A stretch of DNA of 64,000 bases, taken from an uncultured bacterium. Its GTDB lineage: Bacteria > Babelota > Babeliae > Babelales > Vermiphilaceae. Positions within the stretch are counted from its first letter, which is position 1, and each line of letters begins with the position of its first letter. The stretch spans positions 352,001-416,000 of the forward strand of contig OY970172.1 of NCBI GenBank assembly GCA_963707655.1, written 5' to 3'. Positions 18,506 to 28,278 of the stretch are shown piece by piece. The position numbers and the translations under genes are program-made. The notes under the pieces are model-generated. The model saw only the letters and a list, made by a program, of their open reading frames with translations. It made no database searches and was not told the DNA's origin.

Positions 18506-19873
18506 ATGTACGCTGACCGCAACACCACGGGTAGCCTGCAAAAAAAAATTAGTACTGAACGAGTAATAGGTAAAGCACTGCCATCAAACCTTGATGCAGA
18601 AAAAGCGGTGCTTGGCGCCTTACTTCTTAATGATGAATATATGTCATTAGTAAGTGAAATTATCGTAGCAGAAGATTTTTATAGCGCACCCCATAAACTT
18701 ATTTTCCAGGCAATTTTAGATATTACTGCCCAAAGAAAGCGGATTGATCTGCTCACGTTACAAGATGAGTTAAGTCGCAGAAATCAGCTCGAGGCAATAG
18801 GGGGCGTTGTGTATCTTCTTGCTTTACAGGAAGATATTCCTGCTATTGGCCTTATTGAGCAGCATGCGAATATTGTTAAAGAAAAATCGGTGCTGCGCAA
18901 TTTAATTGGTTCAGCTGCATCAATCATTACCAATTGTTATGATCAAAACAAGGCAAGCATAGATTCAGTGCTCGATGACGCTGAAAAAACTATCTTTCAA
19001 ATTGCCAACAAACGTACAAATCAAAGCTTTGTACAGCTTAACATTTGGCTTAAAAAAACATTCCAGCACCTTTCTGATATTAAAAGCAATAATAAAGGAA
19101 TCACCGGCGTTCCCTCAGGCTATAAAAAATTGGATGACATGACCTCAGGGTTTCAAAAGGGTGATTTGATTGTTCTTGCCGCGCGCCCGTCAATGGGCAA
19201 AACAGCGCTTGCCCTGAGTATTGCCGCACAAGCGGCCCATGATGCAACGGTTGGATTTTTCTCACTAGAAATGTCTGCCGAACAGTTAACGCTGCGTATG
19301 CTTTCTGCCGAATCAGGTATTGCGCATCATAACATTCGTAATGCAACAATAAGTTCGCAAGAATGGATCGAGCTCACGAGTGTTGCCGGACGCATGTCTC
19401 AAATGAAGTTATTTATTGACGATACCGCCATGCTCAGTGTCATGGATTTACGTACAAAAGCCCGCAAGTTAAAAATAGAGCACAAGTTGCAATTTCTGGT
19501 GATTGATTATTTGCAGCTCTTGCATAGTACCAACAAGCATGAAAACAGGCATCAGGAAGTATCTGAAATATCACGCTCACTTAAAGCATTAGCAAAAGAA
19601 TTAGATATTCCCATTGTGGCGCTCTCACAGCTTTCTCGTGCTGTTGATTCACGGATGGATAAACGTCCCATGCTTTCTGATTTGCGTGAATCGGGTGCGA
19701 TTGAACAAGATGCTGACTTGATTATGTTCTTGTATCGTGATGTAGTATACAACCAAGAAACAGAAAATCCGGCCTTGGCAGAACTTATTATCGGTAAACA
19801 AAGAAATGGTCCTACCGGGACAGTGTTTCTAAACTTTATGCGTGAATTAACAAAATTTGAAGATGAAGAGTAA
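18506..19873 (+). CDS. dnaB: Replicative DNA helicase
   Basis: AEKAVLG, AARPSMGKT, FSLEMS, IDYLQL, LSQLSR, DLRESGAIEQDAD, KQRNGPTG. Confidence 0.98.
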   Translation: MYADRNTTGSLQKKISTERVIGKALPSNLDAEKAVLGALLLNDEYMSLVSEIIVAEDFYSAPHKLIFQAILDITAQRKRIDLLTLQDELSRRNQLEAIGGVVYLLALQEDIPAIGLIEQHANIVKEKSVLRNLIGSAASIITNCYDQNKASIDSVLDDAEKTIFQIANKRTNQSFVQLNIWLKKTFQHLSDIKSNNKGITGVPSGYKKLDDMTSGFQKGDLIVLAARPSMGKTALALSIAAQAAHDATVGFFSLEMSAEQLTLRMLSAESGIAHHNIRNATISSQEWIELTSVAGRMSQMKLFIDDTAMLSVMDLRTKARKLKIEHKLQFLVIDYLQLLHSTNKHENRHQEVSEISRSLKALAKELDIPIVALSQLSRAVDSRMDKRPMLSDLRESGAIEQDADLIMFLYRDVVYNQETENPALAELIIGKQRNGPTGTVFLNFMRELTKFEDEE

Positions 19874-19924
19874 AGAAGCAGCGTGTAGTTTTACCATCTT
19901 TTACCCATAAGCAGGTTTATTCAT

Positions 19925-20668
19925 ATGTCAACTAAGTCTATTTCTCTTTTCTATACAAAAATGAATCGTTTTCTGACAAAATGTATCATTGCTCTTCTTG
20001 TTTCATCGTTCGTGCTGTATCAAGGCGCACGCATCTTGTGGGGCGAGCATTATATGACTTTTTTCAAAGGAATTGTCCGTAACCCCTTGCAAGTTGGTGC
20101 ATTTTCTCCCTGCTCAGTATTTGTTGCGCAGGAAATAACAAAATATGTGGCTTCTGATACAAAACAAGGATCATTGCGGGTTTTAGAGGTTGGCGCCGGG
20201 TCGGGAGTATTGACCACGGACCTTGAAAAGGCTCTACAGAAAAGGGGCGGGGAATATATTCTTGATGTTATTGAAATTGATCCCGAATATGCTGCGTTGT
20301 TAAAAAAACGATTTGAAAACAATAAGAATGTTGCTATTCATTGCATCGATATAAACGATTTTAATGTAGAACAGCGTTATGACTATCTCATTTCAACTCT
20401 ACCTTTTAATGTGATGGATAATTCTGTTATTAAACAGATTTTTCAGCAATATGAAAAAATGGTTGCACCCAATGGCGTACTTTCCTATGTTGAGCATATG
20501 TGGCTGCCTGATATAAAAGAAAAGACACTCAGTGGCACTGAAAAACAAGCATTTATTGAAAAGCGTACCATAGTAAACAGCTTCAAAGATAAATACCTTG
20601 TTGAAACAGTGAACGTATATAGAAATATTACTCCTTTATATGTGCACCATTTAAAAATAGTAGATTAA
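19925..20668 (+). CDS. Class I SAM methyltransferase, phospholipid N-methyltransferase (PmtA)-like
   Basis: NPLQVGAFSPCS, VLEVGAGSG, IEID, ISTLPF motifs; N-terminal hydrophobic anchor. Start may be at the second Met. Confidence 0.75.
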   Translation: MSTKSISLFYTKMNRFLTKCIIALLVSSFVLYQGARILWGEHYMTFFKGIVRNPLQVGAFSPCSVFVAQEITKYVASDTKQGSLRVLEVGAGSGVLTTDLEKALQKRGGEYILDVIEIDPEYAALLKKRFENNKNVAIHCIDINDFNVEQRYDYLISTLPFNVMDNSVIKQIFQQYEKMVAPNGVLSYVEHMWLPDIKEKTLSGTEKQAFIEKRTIVNSFKDKYLVETVNVYRNITPLYVHHLKIVD

Positions 20669-20712
20669 AGATTATAAAGTATAATGTATCTGCAAAAGGA
20701 GAGTAGAGTAGT

Positions 20713-21210
20713 ATGATAATTCTGGGCATCGATCCGGGATTTCAGGTCACCGGTTATGGTATTGTTAAAAAAGAGGGAAGCAAGTCTTACTTAATCGACT
20801 GCGGTTACCTTAAAATGAGTTCAACAAAAACATTATCATATCGCATAGGCATATTTTATAATTTTTTCACGAATAAAATTAAAGAGGCAAGTGTCACTAA
20901 TATTGCTCTTGAAACCCCGTTCTTGGGAAAAAACGCCCAAAACTTTCTCAAATTAGGGTATCTGCGTGGCATATTATATCTTCTTGCCGAGCAACATCAG
21001 CTGCCATTGCATGAGTTTTCACCGACAGAAGTAAAATCATCATTAACCGGTTTCGGTGGCGCAAGCAAAGAACAAGTTGCACGCGTTATTTTACGGTTAT
21101 TTCCTCAATTACAAGCTCCCGATAAGGCTGACGTTACCGATGCAATTGCCGTAACCTTGTGCGGCTTATGGAAAAGCAACAGCAACATATTGCTCAATAA
21201 GATGAAATAA
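20713..21210 (+). CDS. ruvC: Holliday junction resolvase RuvC
   Basis: MIILGIDPG…TGYG, ALETPF, VKSSLTGFGGASKEQV, DVTDAIA. Confidence 0.95.
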   Translation: MIILGIDPGFQVTGYGIVKKEGSKSYLIDCGYLKMSSTKTLSYRIGIFYNFFTNKIKEASVTNIALETPFLGKNAQNFLKLGYLRGILYLLAEQHQLPLHEFSPTEVKSSLTGFGGASKEQVARVILRLFPQLQAPDKADVTDAIAVTLCGLWKSNSNILLNKMK

Positions 21211-21380
21211 TGAGTGATAAACAAACACTTTTTTAAAAATGAAAGTAATGTCTTGCTTTTGCTCCGGTGCTTTATTTACCTTGTAGGCATGAAGGGTCAC
21301 GGGGAAGGGACGTCTTAATGCCAGGTCTCATCATTATGGTGATGGGGCCAACCGCGCTATTAAAGGAAGGGAATGTGCTC

Positions 21381-21851
21381 ATGACAAAATTGGGCTTCAC
21401 CTATCCATCGTTTACTAGAAGCAATTTTATCTATATTCATGATCAAAGAATCAGTTCTCATGAAGAAATCATTGCGCTGCATGATATATTGCTTACTCCC
21501 GGTTTTCATTGTTTAAAAGCTAAGAATATGGCATCGGGCAGAGTTGTTGTTGATGTTTTTCTTATGTCATTAAATTGTTTTCACACTATCGGTTGCTTAA
21601 CTATGGAAAAACATCAGTTACCCTGCAATATACAAAATATATATCAACAGTTAGAGCAGGGGGACTATCTATCTCAAGGGGCGGATGGGATAGAGAATTT
21701 TCTTGTTGATGCTTTTTACTGCGATTTTCTTTTCATTGAAATGCAGCCCATGCTCATGAGTAGCCGTTGGTTCCCCGTACTACAACAAAAAATGATTGAT
21801 TTAAAACTCGATCAGGCAATTCCTATTATTTATCTGATATATGAATATTAA
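21381..21851 (+). CDS. Hypothetical protein
   Basis: ORF from ATG 21381, preceded by AAGGAAGGG RBS. Confidence 0.65.
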   Translation: MTKLGFTYPSFTRSNFIYIHDQRISSHEEIIALHDILLTPGFHCLKAKNMASGRVVVDVFLMSLNCFHTIGCLTMEKHQLPCNIQNIYQQLEQGDYLSQGADGIENFLVDAFYCDFLFIEMQPMLMSSRWFPVLQQKMIDLKLDQAIPIIYLIYEY

Positions 21852-22633
21852 TCTTTCCATTCGTCAGGCGTTTCTTCTGCCTCTTCTTCTAATGATCCGC
21901 CTTTATCTTTAATAATTTGCTTGATCAGATTTTCTTTATCTGTTAATTGGTCAATTTTTTCTTGATCAACAGAACCAAACATTACTTTTGTTCCCTCAGT
22001 GACCAAAGCAGCACTATTCTTTTTATATTCTGCTTTCAGTTGATCAACCGTCATAGTTCTTAATGAGATCAAAAGCTCAATATGCTCTTTTTGTGTGACC
22101 AGAGAGCGTTTTTTCAACTGTGTTTTACTGTTTTCGATTTGTTGCTTAACGTTTGTCAATTCTGCCTTTAACTGTTCTATGTTCATAGAATCAAAACGTC
22201 GTAAAACTTCTCGGGCAACTTCAGGTTTTTTCAAAGGAGCACCTTTTCTTATTCCCTCTAAGAATTCATCACGATCACCGGTAGGTTCTTTCGTCTGCGG
22301 AGAGGTTTTTGGCTCTTCTGCCGGCAGTTGTTCTTCTTTCGGCTTTTCTACGGGAGGAGCTTTTTGCGCCGGTGGAGGAGGTGGCGGAGTAGGGACGTTT
22401 GGTTCAACGACGGGCAATTTTTCTTTCTTCTGTGCTTCTTTTAATGATTTAACCGCATCATATTGTTTTGACAGTACTGCTATATTTTTCTCTATATCGG
22501 CAATCTGTTTTTCAGTTTTTTCTTCAAACAATCGTATGTCTTGATCCAAGTTTTTGATTTCTTCAGACACGGTGGCAACAAGAACAGAGGAATGAAAGAA
22601 GAAACTGAACAGGAGAATAGAAATGCGCTTCAT
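21848..22633 (-). CDS. Secreted proline-rich WH2-motif protein with acidic Trp C-terminus (WASP/RickA-like candidate)
   Basis: Signal MKRISILLFSFFFHSSVLVA; coiled coil; PTPPPPPPA; GDRDEFLEGIRKGAPLKKP; ends EEEAEETPDEWKD. Confidence 0.8.
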   Translation of the reverse strand: MKRISILLFSFFFHSSVLVATVSEEIKNLDQDIRLFEEKTEKQIADIEKNIAVLSKQYDAVKSLKEAQKKEKLPVVEPNVPTPPPPPPAQKAPPVEKPKEEQLPAEEPKTSPQTKEPTGDRDEFLEGIRKGAPLKKPEVAREVLRRFDSMNIEQLKAELTNVKQQIENSKTQLKKRSLVTQKEHIELLISLRTMTVDQLKAEYKKNSAALVTEGTKVMFGSVDQEKIDQLTDKENLIKQIIKDKGGSLEEEAEETPDEWKD

Positions 22634-22673
22634 ACATTGCCTTTCTAAATCAGAGCCGATAAGAGCTATTATG

Positions 22674-23762
22674 TTAAAAGAGACTGCTGCTGCACAATAA
22701 CAAATCTCCAATAAACAAGGGAGAAAAACTATGTTTCTTACCGACATACTCTTTTTTTATTTCATATGTCTTTACATTATAACTCAAGATAACAAAAAGG
22801 TTTTCATCATAGTCAACAAAATAAATTTTCCCCTCATGATAGCGTGGCAATAATGGGGCCAAAGACTCAGTCAGCCGCTCTGTTGTATCTCCCGCCACAA
22901 AACAATACGGAATTTTAAAAGAAAATGCTTTTTCATAGCGCCACACCTCTGCTCTCTTTTCAATATAATAAGCATCAAACATGCACGCTGTAGCGTCATA
23001 ATTTATCACAAATCCAGAATTCTCCGATGTCATTGATAATGATACCGGAGAATGAATTTCATCAAAACCCAATAAGAGAGATTGTTGCTGCAATGTGCCC
23101 TGTGCTCTTGATTCATTTTTTTTACCTAACAAGCGTGCTACTCTCTCATCAAAAGTGTCTAGCGCATTAAAATTATTCTCTTCAGAAAGCGGTATAGATG
23201 GATATGTGCTGTGCATTAACACACAACCACTTTCATTATTATTGTGTTTAATATAATAAAGAGAATCAGTAATTTTTTGTGGATATATTAAATCATAATG
23301 CTCATCCTGCACCACAGCCTCAAGCTCGCCGGTAATAGTAAGATGAAAAATCGCATAATGCCCATATTGTTTAGCGCATACATACAGTGAGTTTCTATCT
23401 ATCCATGAAAATGAAAGAATATCATAAATAGGAGAATCTATATCTATACTCATTACCGAGCGCTTATCAAAGAACTTTACCCGTATTCTGCCCTGATCCA
23501 AAAAACTAATTCCTTCTTGATTTGGTACCAATGTCAAAAGCGTGGGATTAAGATGACTGGGCAGCCCTTTAAAAAAATTATTATTGTGTACATCCCATAC
23601 CCATACTTCAAGACGTTTATCAATCTTTTGATGCACCAAATAGACCATGGGCGCATCGGGCTTGCCTATCCATAGACAAGGATACAGATAAGGACCATCA
23701 AAACTGAAACAGGAAGAAGACGACGACAATAAAAGCATGCAAAACAGAAAAAAGAGCTTCAT
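22674..23762 (-). CDS. Secreted hypothetical protein, possibly beta-propeller (TolB-like)
   Basis: Signal peptide; repeated beta-strand patterns (FSWIDRNSLYV, SLYYI, KIYFVD, FSPLF). Confidence 0.7.
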   Translation of the reverse strand: MKLFFLFCMLLLSSSSSCFSFDGPYLYPCLWIGKPDAPMVYLVHQKIDKRLEVWVWDVHNNNFFKGLPSHLNPTLLTLVPNQEGISFLDQGRIRVKFFDKRSVMSIDIDSPIYDILSFSWIDRNSLYVCAKQYGHYAIFHLTITGELEAVVQDEHYDLIYPQKITDSLYYIKHNNNESGCVLMHSTYPSIPLSEENNFNALDTFDERVARLLGKKNESRAQGTLQQQSLLLGFDEIHSPVSLSMTSENSGFVINYDATACMFDAYYIEKRAEVWRYEKAFSFKIPYCFVAGDTTERLTESLAPLLPRYHEGKIYFVDYDENLFVILSYNVKTYEIKKEYVGKKHSFSPLFIGDLLLCSSSLF

Positions 23763-23855
23763 TGGTAATCCTTTTCTTAATCCTCATCGTAGATAGCCTT
23801 GTTATACAGTAACAAAAAGCGAGGCAAAAAAGTAAAATTTATTTGAAAAACCCGC

Positions 23856-23965
23856 AAAAAAAATCCACCGCACTGACCGAAATCAATGCGATGGAAAAAA
23901 GGAGAGTAGTAATGAAGCCTAATTGACAGAATAAATACTTGTGGGTTACCCCCAAGACTTATACT
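23856..23965 (-). ncRNA. Candidate small RNA with an anti-SD segment
   Basis: Minus strand: TTGACA(24000-23995)-17-TACTAT promoter, about 110 nt without an ORF, a 12-bp hairpin (23865-23894) and a U-tract. Confidence 0.55.
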
Positions 23966-24127
23966 GGAATAATAGTATTAATAAATAGTTCAAATGTCAA
24001 ATTTAAAAATTATTAAATTGATAGAAATATCAAATAAAATAGCTAATCATTCTCTTATAGAATAGCTTATTTTTTATGTCTGTCAATAGATAACGCTTTA
24101 AGAATTGGCTTACATAAAGGCATCATT

Positions 24128-25207
24128 TCAATGTGAAATGATGAGTCGCTGAAAATTAAGCGATTCAAGCTTCTGGAGCAAGAAGCTGTTACTTGTGGGG
24201 CAGGTAAATATAAGTTGACAATCAAGATTTTTCAAGACATCTATGATTTGATCAGATCGCTCTTGATCCAAGTCAGTTATGAAATCATCGAGTAACAATA
24301 TGGGCCGCACTGCTTTTTTAGCTATGAGATTTTTAATTTGAGCTATTTTCAGCAGCAAAATGATAAGTTTTTGCTGGCCACGCGAAGCAAAGGCGCGAGA
24401 GCGCTGGTCCCTAAATTGAATCATAAAATCATCAAGATGTGCCCCAAATAGCGATCGACCGAGCTGTAGCTCATTTTGATATAAAAGTGGCTGATCGGCC
24501 CAAAACTGCTCAAAATTGGTTGCAGCGCTTTCTTTTTTTTCCTGGTACGCAAAGGAGATTGAAATATCTTGGGGAAAATGGGCAGCCAACAACTCTTTAA
24601 CCCCCGTATCCAGTTCCGCCAGACCTTCTTTACGCTTTGTGCGAATAGCGTATGAAATATCCCATAATTCCTTGCTCCAAAATTCATAATATTCTTGCGA
24701 ATTATTATGGCGAAACAATGCGTTTCTGCTATCAACGGTATAACGGAGCTTTTTTACCAGAAGAGCAAAATCAGGATCATACAACATCATAACCTGGTCG
24801 AGGAATACCCTACGCTGATCCGGCCCCTCTTTAATCAATGCCAGATCATCTTCGGTTAACGTAACAATGCGATAATAATCCATCAGCTCTTTATAGGAGA
24901 CAATGCTTTTCTGATCAACTTTAACCACTCTTTTTTTACCGGAGAAACCTATTTTAATCTCATGTTCCTGGTAATCCTGGCTCTTGAGAGCAATTTTAAC
25001 GAAGAATGAATTTTGATCAAAATAGGAAAGTTCTTGCGGGCTATGGGTTCTAAAAGATCGCAAATAACAAGCATAATGCAAAGCCTCGAGCACTGATGTT
25101 TTGCCCGTACCGTTGATACCCTCAAGCAAGATAATGTGCTTATCAAAGGTAAGGTTAAGCTCTTTGAAGCATCTAAAATTCTTTAGATGAATACCGGTAA
25201 TATGCAT
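24128..25207 (-). CDS. recF: DNA replication/repair protein RecF
   Basis: LKNFR, GINGTGKTSVLEAL, SFRT, GPDQRRVFLD, ASRGQQK, LLLDD; follows dnaN. Confidence 0.95.
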   Translation of the reverse strand: MHITGIHLKNFRCFKELNLTFDKHIILLEGINGTGKTSVLEALHYACYLRSFRTHSPQELSYFDQNSFFVKIALKSQDYQEHEIKIGFSGKKRVVKVDQKSIVSYKELMDYYRIVTLTEDDLALIKEGPDQRRVFLDQVMMLYDPDFALLVKKLRYTVDSRNALFRHNNSQEYYEFWSKELWDISYAIRTKRKEGLAELDTGVKELLAAHFPQDISISFAYQEKKESAATNFEQFWADQPLLYQNELQLGRSLFGAHLDDFMIQFRDQRSRAFASRGQQKLIILLLKIAQIKNLIAKKAVRPILLLDDFITDLDQERSDQIIDVLKNLDCQLIFTCPTSNSFLLQKLESLNFQRLIISH

Positions 25208-26331
25208 TAGTTACTCAAGCTTGGGGAAACCGGCATTACCAAATAGAGCAATTCATGATCAGCGGCGTGAGATTCAAAGATAATCGGTTTTGCTGATGTC
25301 TGAAGATAAAATTTTACTTTATCTTCAGAAAAAGATTGCAGACCGCTTAATAAATAAGGAGCATAAAAACGAATATCTAAATCGGTTCCATCAAAATCAG
25401 GCAACGGCACTTCTTCTTTTAATTTTCCTACTTCCTGATTTTGCATAGAAACTTTTAATAAACGGGAGGTAAAACCAAAATTGGTAGCAATAAATTGCCC
25501 CGATAATAAGCAGGCTGAGCGGCGCAAGGTCTTGACCAGTTGCTGACGATCCACTGTTGCGGCTTTGAAACCATCTTTTTTCAAAATTGCCGAATATTGT
25601 GGAAATTGGTCCACTAATATTTTAGTAAAGAAATTAAATGACTCACCGGAAAACACTAATTGGTTGCCACAAATACCAACAAAAATTTCTTTATCGCCAG
25701 AACCTTCGACAATCTTTTTTACTTCAAAAATAGCGCGGCGCGGGATGAGCCAGGTGCGCGGTTGTGTTAACGTGTACTGCGCTGTTGAAACTTGCGCCAA
25801 ACAATGACCGTCGGTAGTTGTCATGGTAAGTCCGGTTTGGCCAATTTCTAAAAAAAGCCCGTTCAAAGCCGGATTAGCGTTATTTTGTGGAATAAGGAAC
25901 GCTACTTTATTGAGAAGATTCAATACAAAAGAAGATGCCATATGCATGAGGTTTTCAATGCGTTCGGGAAAAGGAGGAAATTCACTGGGGTCTTTGATAT
26001 TAAGCGCAATAGCTACCGATCCTGATTTAAGAAGCAGTTGCGCTTCTTCTACAACAAATTCAATTTCCCCTTCAAATTCTTTTACAATATCAAAGATGCG
26101 CTTTCCCGATACTAAAAATGAGCACTCTTGCATAATGTCTGCATGCTGCAATAAATAACTTGATTGCAAGCTTACTTCAAGATCGGTACTTTTTAAAACC
26201 AATTCTTTGTGGCCGAGTTGAAAAAGAATAGAATTGGTCGCATTAATAGTTGTTCGCTTTGTGCAAATTGGTTGCATGGCGGAAAGAATGGCCATTAGCG
26301 GTTTTTGATCAACAGTAAAATTATGTTTCAT
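25207..26331 (-). CDS. dnaN: DNA polymerase III beta clamp
   Basis: STDLE, EFPPFP, LNGL, TTDGHCL, FPQY, YLVMP; about 374 aa. Confidence 0.93.
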   Translation of the reverse strand: MKHNFTVDQKPLMAILSAMQPICTKRTTINATNSILFQLGHKELVLKSTDLEVSLQSSYLLQHADIMQECSFLVSGKRIFDIVKEFEGEIEFVVEEAQLLLKSGSVAIALNIKDPSEFPPFPERIENLMHMASSFVLNLLNKVAFLIPQNNANPALNGLFLEIGQTGLTMTTTDGHCLAQVSTAQYTLTQPRTWLIPRRAIFEVKKIVEGSGDKEIFVGICGNQLVFSGESFNFFTKILVDQFPQYSAILKKDGFKAATVDRQQLVKTLRRSACLLSGQFIATNFGFTSRLLKVSMQNQEVGKLKEEVPLPDFDGTDLDIRFYAPYLLSGLQSFSEDKVKFYLQTSAKPIIFESHAADHELLYLVMPVSPSLSN

Positions 26332-26555
26332 AAAATCCTTATTTTTCAATATTTTATTGCATAATTAAGATATGAATAAGTATACCGCGCTCCGGTAAAA
26401 AGAAAAAGATAGCCTTTTCTTTTATATAAAGACACTATTTGCATTAGTATCAAACCTTTTTTTAAAGACTATTTCTCTTAAATGTGTTGAAAATTTAATG
26501 ATTAACTTGATACTATTAAATTAATATTTGAAATGCTTTAAATTAAGGAAGAAAT

Positions 26556-27176
26556 ATGAAAATCATTCTGAGACATGCATTTACTTTGCTTGTTGTGGTC
26601 TTTCATTGTGCGCAATCAGCTGAGCAAAAAGAAAAACAAACTATGTTCAGTGCTGTTGCAACGGGAGATCTTCCTGCCGTAAAAGTATTGATAGAACGGG
26701 GAATTGATCTCAATCAACCAATCCTTGAAGGGGCAACTGCATTAATGTTTGCCGTGATGAATAATCATCTTGAAACAGCACAGCTACTCATAGCGAATGG
26801 TGCAAATGTCAATGTGCAAAACGATGCTGGATCTACCGCATTGATGATGGCCACCGCGAGAGCCAATTTTGACATAACGCAGTTGCTTGTAAAGAATGGC
26901 GCAAATCTCGATTTACAAGATGAGCGAGGATGGACCGCATTAATGATAGCCGTATACAATGAAGAATTTAAACTAGCGCAGCTACTCGTAAAGAACGGCG
27001 CAAATAGACGCCTCAAAAATAAGGATGGCGATACAGCACTTATTATAGCGATAAAGAATCGTAATGACCCAGCGTACATTGCTATGTTGGGATCTAAAGA
27101 TGAAATATCAGAGTATGAACAAGCGAGAAACAATGGCACTATTCCCGCATTGATCAATACTCTCAGAAATAGATAA
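26556..27176 (+). CDS. Secreted ankyrin-repeat protein
   Basis: Signal peptide plus about 4-5 GxTAL...LL..GA.vN repeats. Confidence 0.92.
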   Translation: MKIILRHAFTLLVVVFHCAQSAEQKEKQTMFSAVATGDLPAVKVLIERGIDLNQPILEGATALMFAVMNNHLETAQLLIANGANVNVQNDAGSTALMMATARANFDITQLLVKNGANLDLQDERGWTALMIAVYNEEFKLAQLLVKNGANRRLKNKDGDTALIIAIKNRNDPAYIAMLGSKDEISEYEQARNNGTIPALINTLRNR

Positions 27177-27205
27177 AATAGTATTTTGGTTGAAATGATT
27201 AATAT

Positions 27206-28120
27206 CTATGATCGTGGATGTTTTTTATCATACATTGATCGTAAATAACTTGTTTCAACATGAGTATATATTTGAACGGTCGCTATTGTTTCATGCCCGA
27301 GAAGCATTTGCAATGAACGCAAATCGGCACCGCGTTTAAGCATGTGGGTGGCAAAAGAATGACGCAAAACATGGGGAGAAATAGAGCGCACACAGCCGGT
27401 CTTTTTCCAAAGTTCTTTTAAACTCATCCAGAATGATTGGCGCGTAATAGCTTTAACCTTCCCCGCATAAAAAATAGGAAAAAGCCAATCTGTTGCGCGT
27501 GAACCATGATCAACATTAACAAATGAGCGGTGCACTGTTTTAAGATACTGCTGCAGCAACTCAAGCATCGGTTGTGGTAGCGGAATTAATCGCCCCTTGC
27601 CCCCTTTGCCTATTACTTCAACAAAACCGGTATCAAAATGAATATGGGGCAATTTTAAATGAGTAAGCTCACTAATACGCATTCCCGAAACATACAGCAA
27701 ATACAACATAACCTTTGTACGTATTCCCACGTCTGAAACGTCTTGATTTGCAACAGCAAAAAGCTGTTGAATTTCTTCTTCTGAAACAGCGCATGGCAGA
27801 GATTTATCAAGTTTGGGAAAAATAAGATCTTGCGCGCTATTTGCAATACCAAAACGCTCATACGCATAATTAAAAAATAATTTTAACGAAGAAATCTTGC
27901 GCGCCATCGTGCGGGCAGTTAATTTCAAGTCATATAAATAATGTAAAAAACTTTTTAATAATTCCGGATCAATGTCGGTAAGTTCTTCTTTTTTGTTCTT
28001 TACGAGATACGCAGTAAACTGATCAAGATCGTTTTTGTAAGCACTAAATGTGTTAAATGATACACATTTTTCAGTCAACAAGTAGGCTTGGAACTTAGTT
28101 AAAATTTCTTGAATGGTCAC
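27206..28120 (-). CDS. xerD: XerD/XerC-type tyrosine recombinase
   Basis: SGMRISEL, GKGGKGR, SPHVLRHSFATH, LLGH, TVQIYTHV, HPRS. XerC versus XerD assignment is not certain. Confidence 0.85.
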   Translation of the reverse strand: MTIQEILTKFQAYLLTEKCVSFNTFSAYKNDLDQFTAYLVKNKKEELTDIDPELLKSFLHYLYDLKLTARTMARKISSLKLFFNYAYERFGIANSAQDLIFPKLDKSLPCAVSEEEIQQLFAVANQDVSDVGIRTKVMLYLLYVSGMRISELTHLKLPHIHFDTGFVEVIGKGGKGRLIPLPQPMLELLQQYLKTVHRSFVNVDHGSRATDWLFPIFYAGKVKAITRQSFWMSLKELWKKTGCVRSISPHVLRHSFATHMLKRGADLRSLQMLLGHETIATVQIYTHVETSYLRSMYDKKHPRS

Positions 28121-28278
28121 GTGCTTTACTTTCCGTCCAATTGCTTATTTGTATACATATTTCCTACCCAAAGAATAGTAATGTTTTCACGCCAAAGCAA
28201 TAATTATTCTTTTATTTATTTCTCATTTATCCTATCTTGATTGAAGAGTAAAAATTTTCTTAAAAGTTTGGGATTGGC

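Noticed and set aside
23912..23926. Plus-strand RBS with mini-ORF MKPN*
   Set aside because: Promoter, hairpin G-U pairing and U-tract all favour a minus-strand transcript.
27206..28120. Prophage or integrative element integrase
   Set aside because: Looks like a housekeeping Xer recombinase; no phage genes or att repeats seen.
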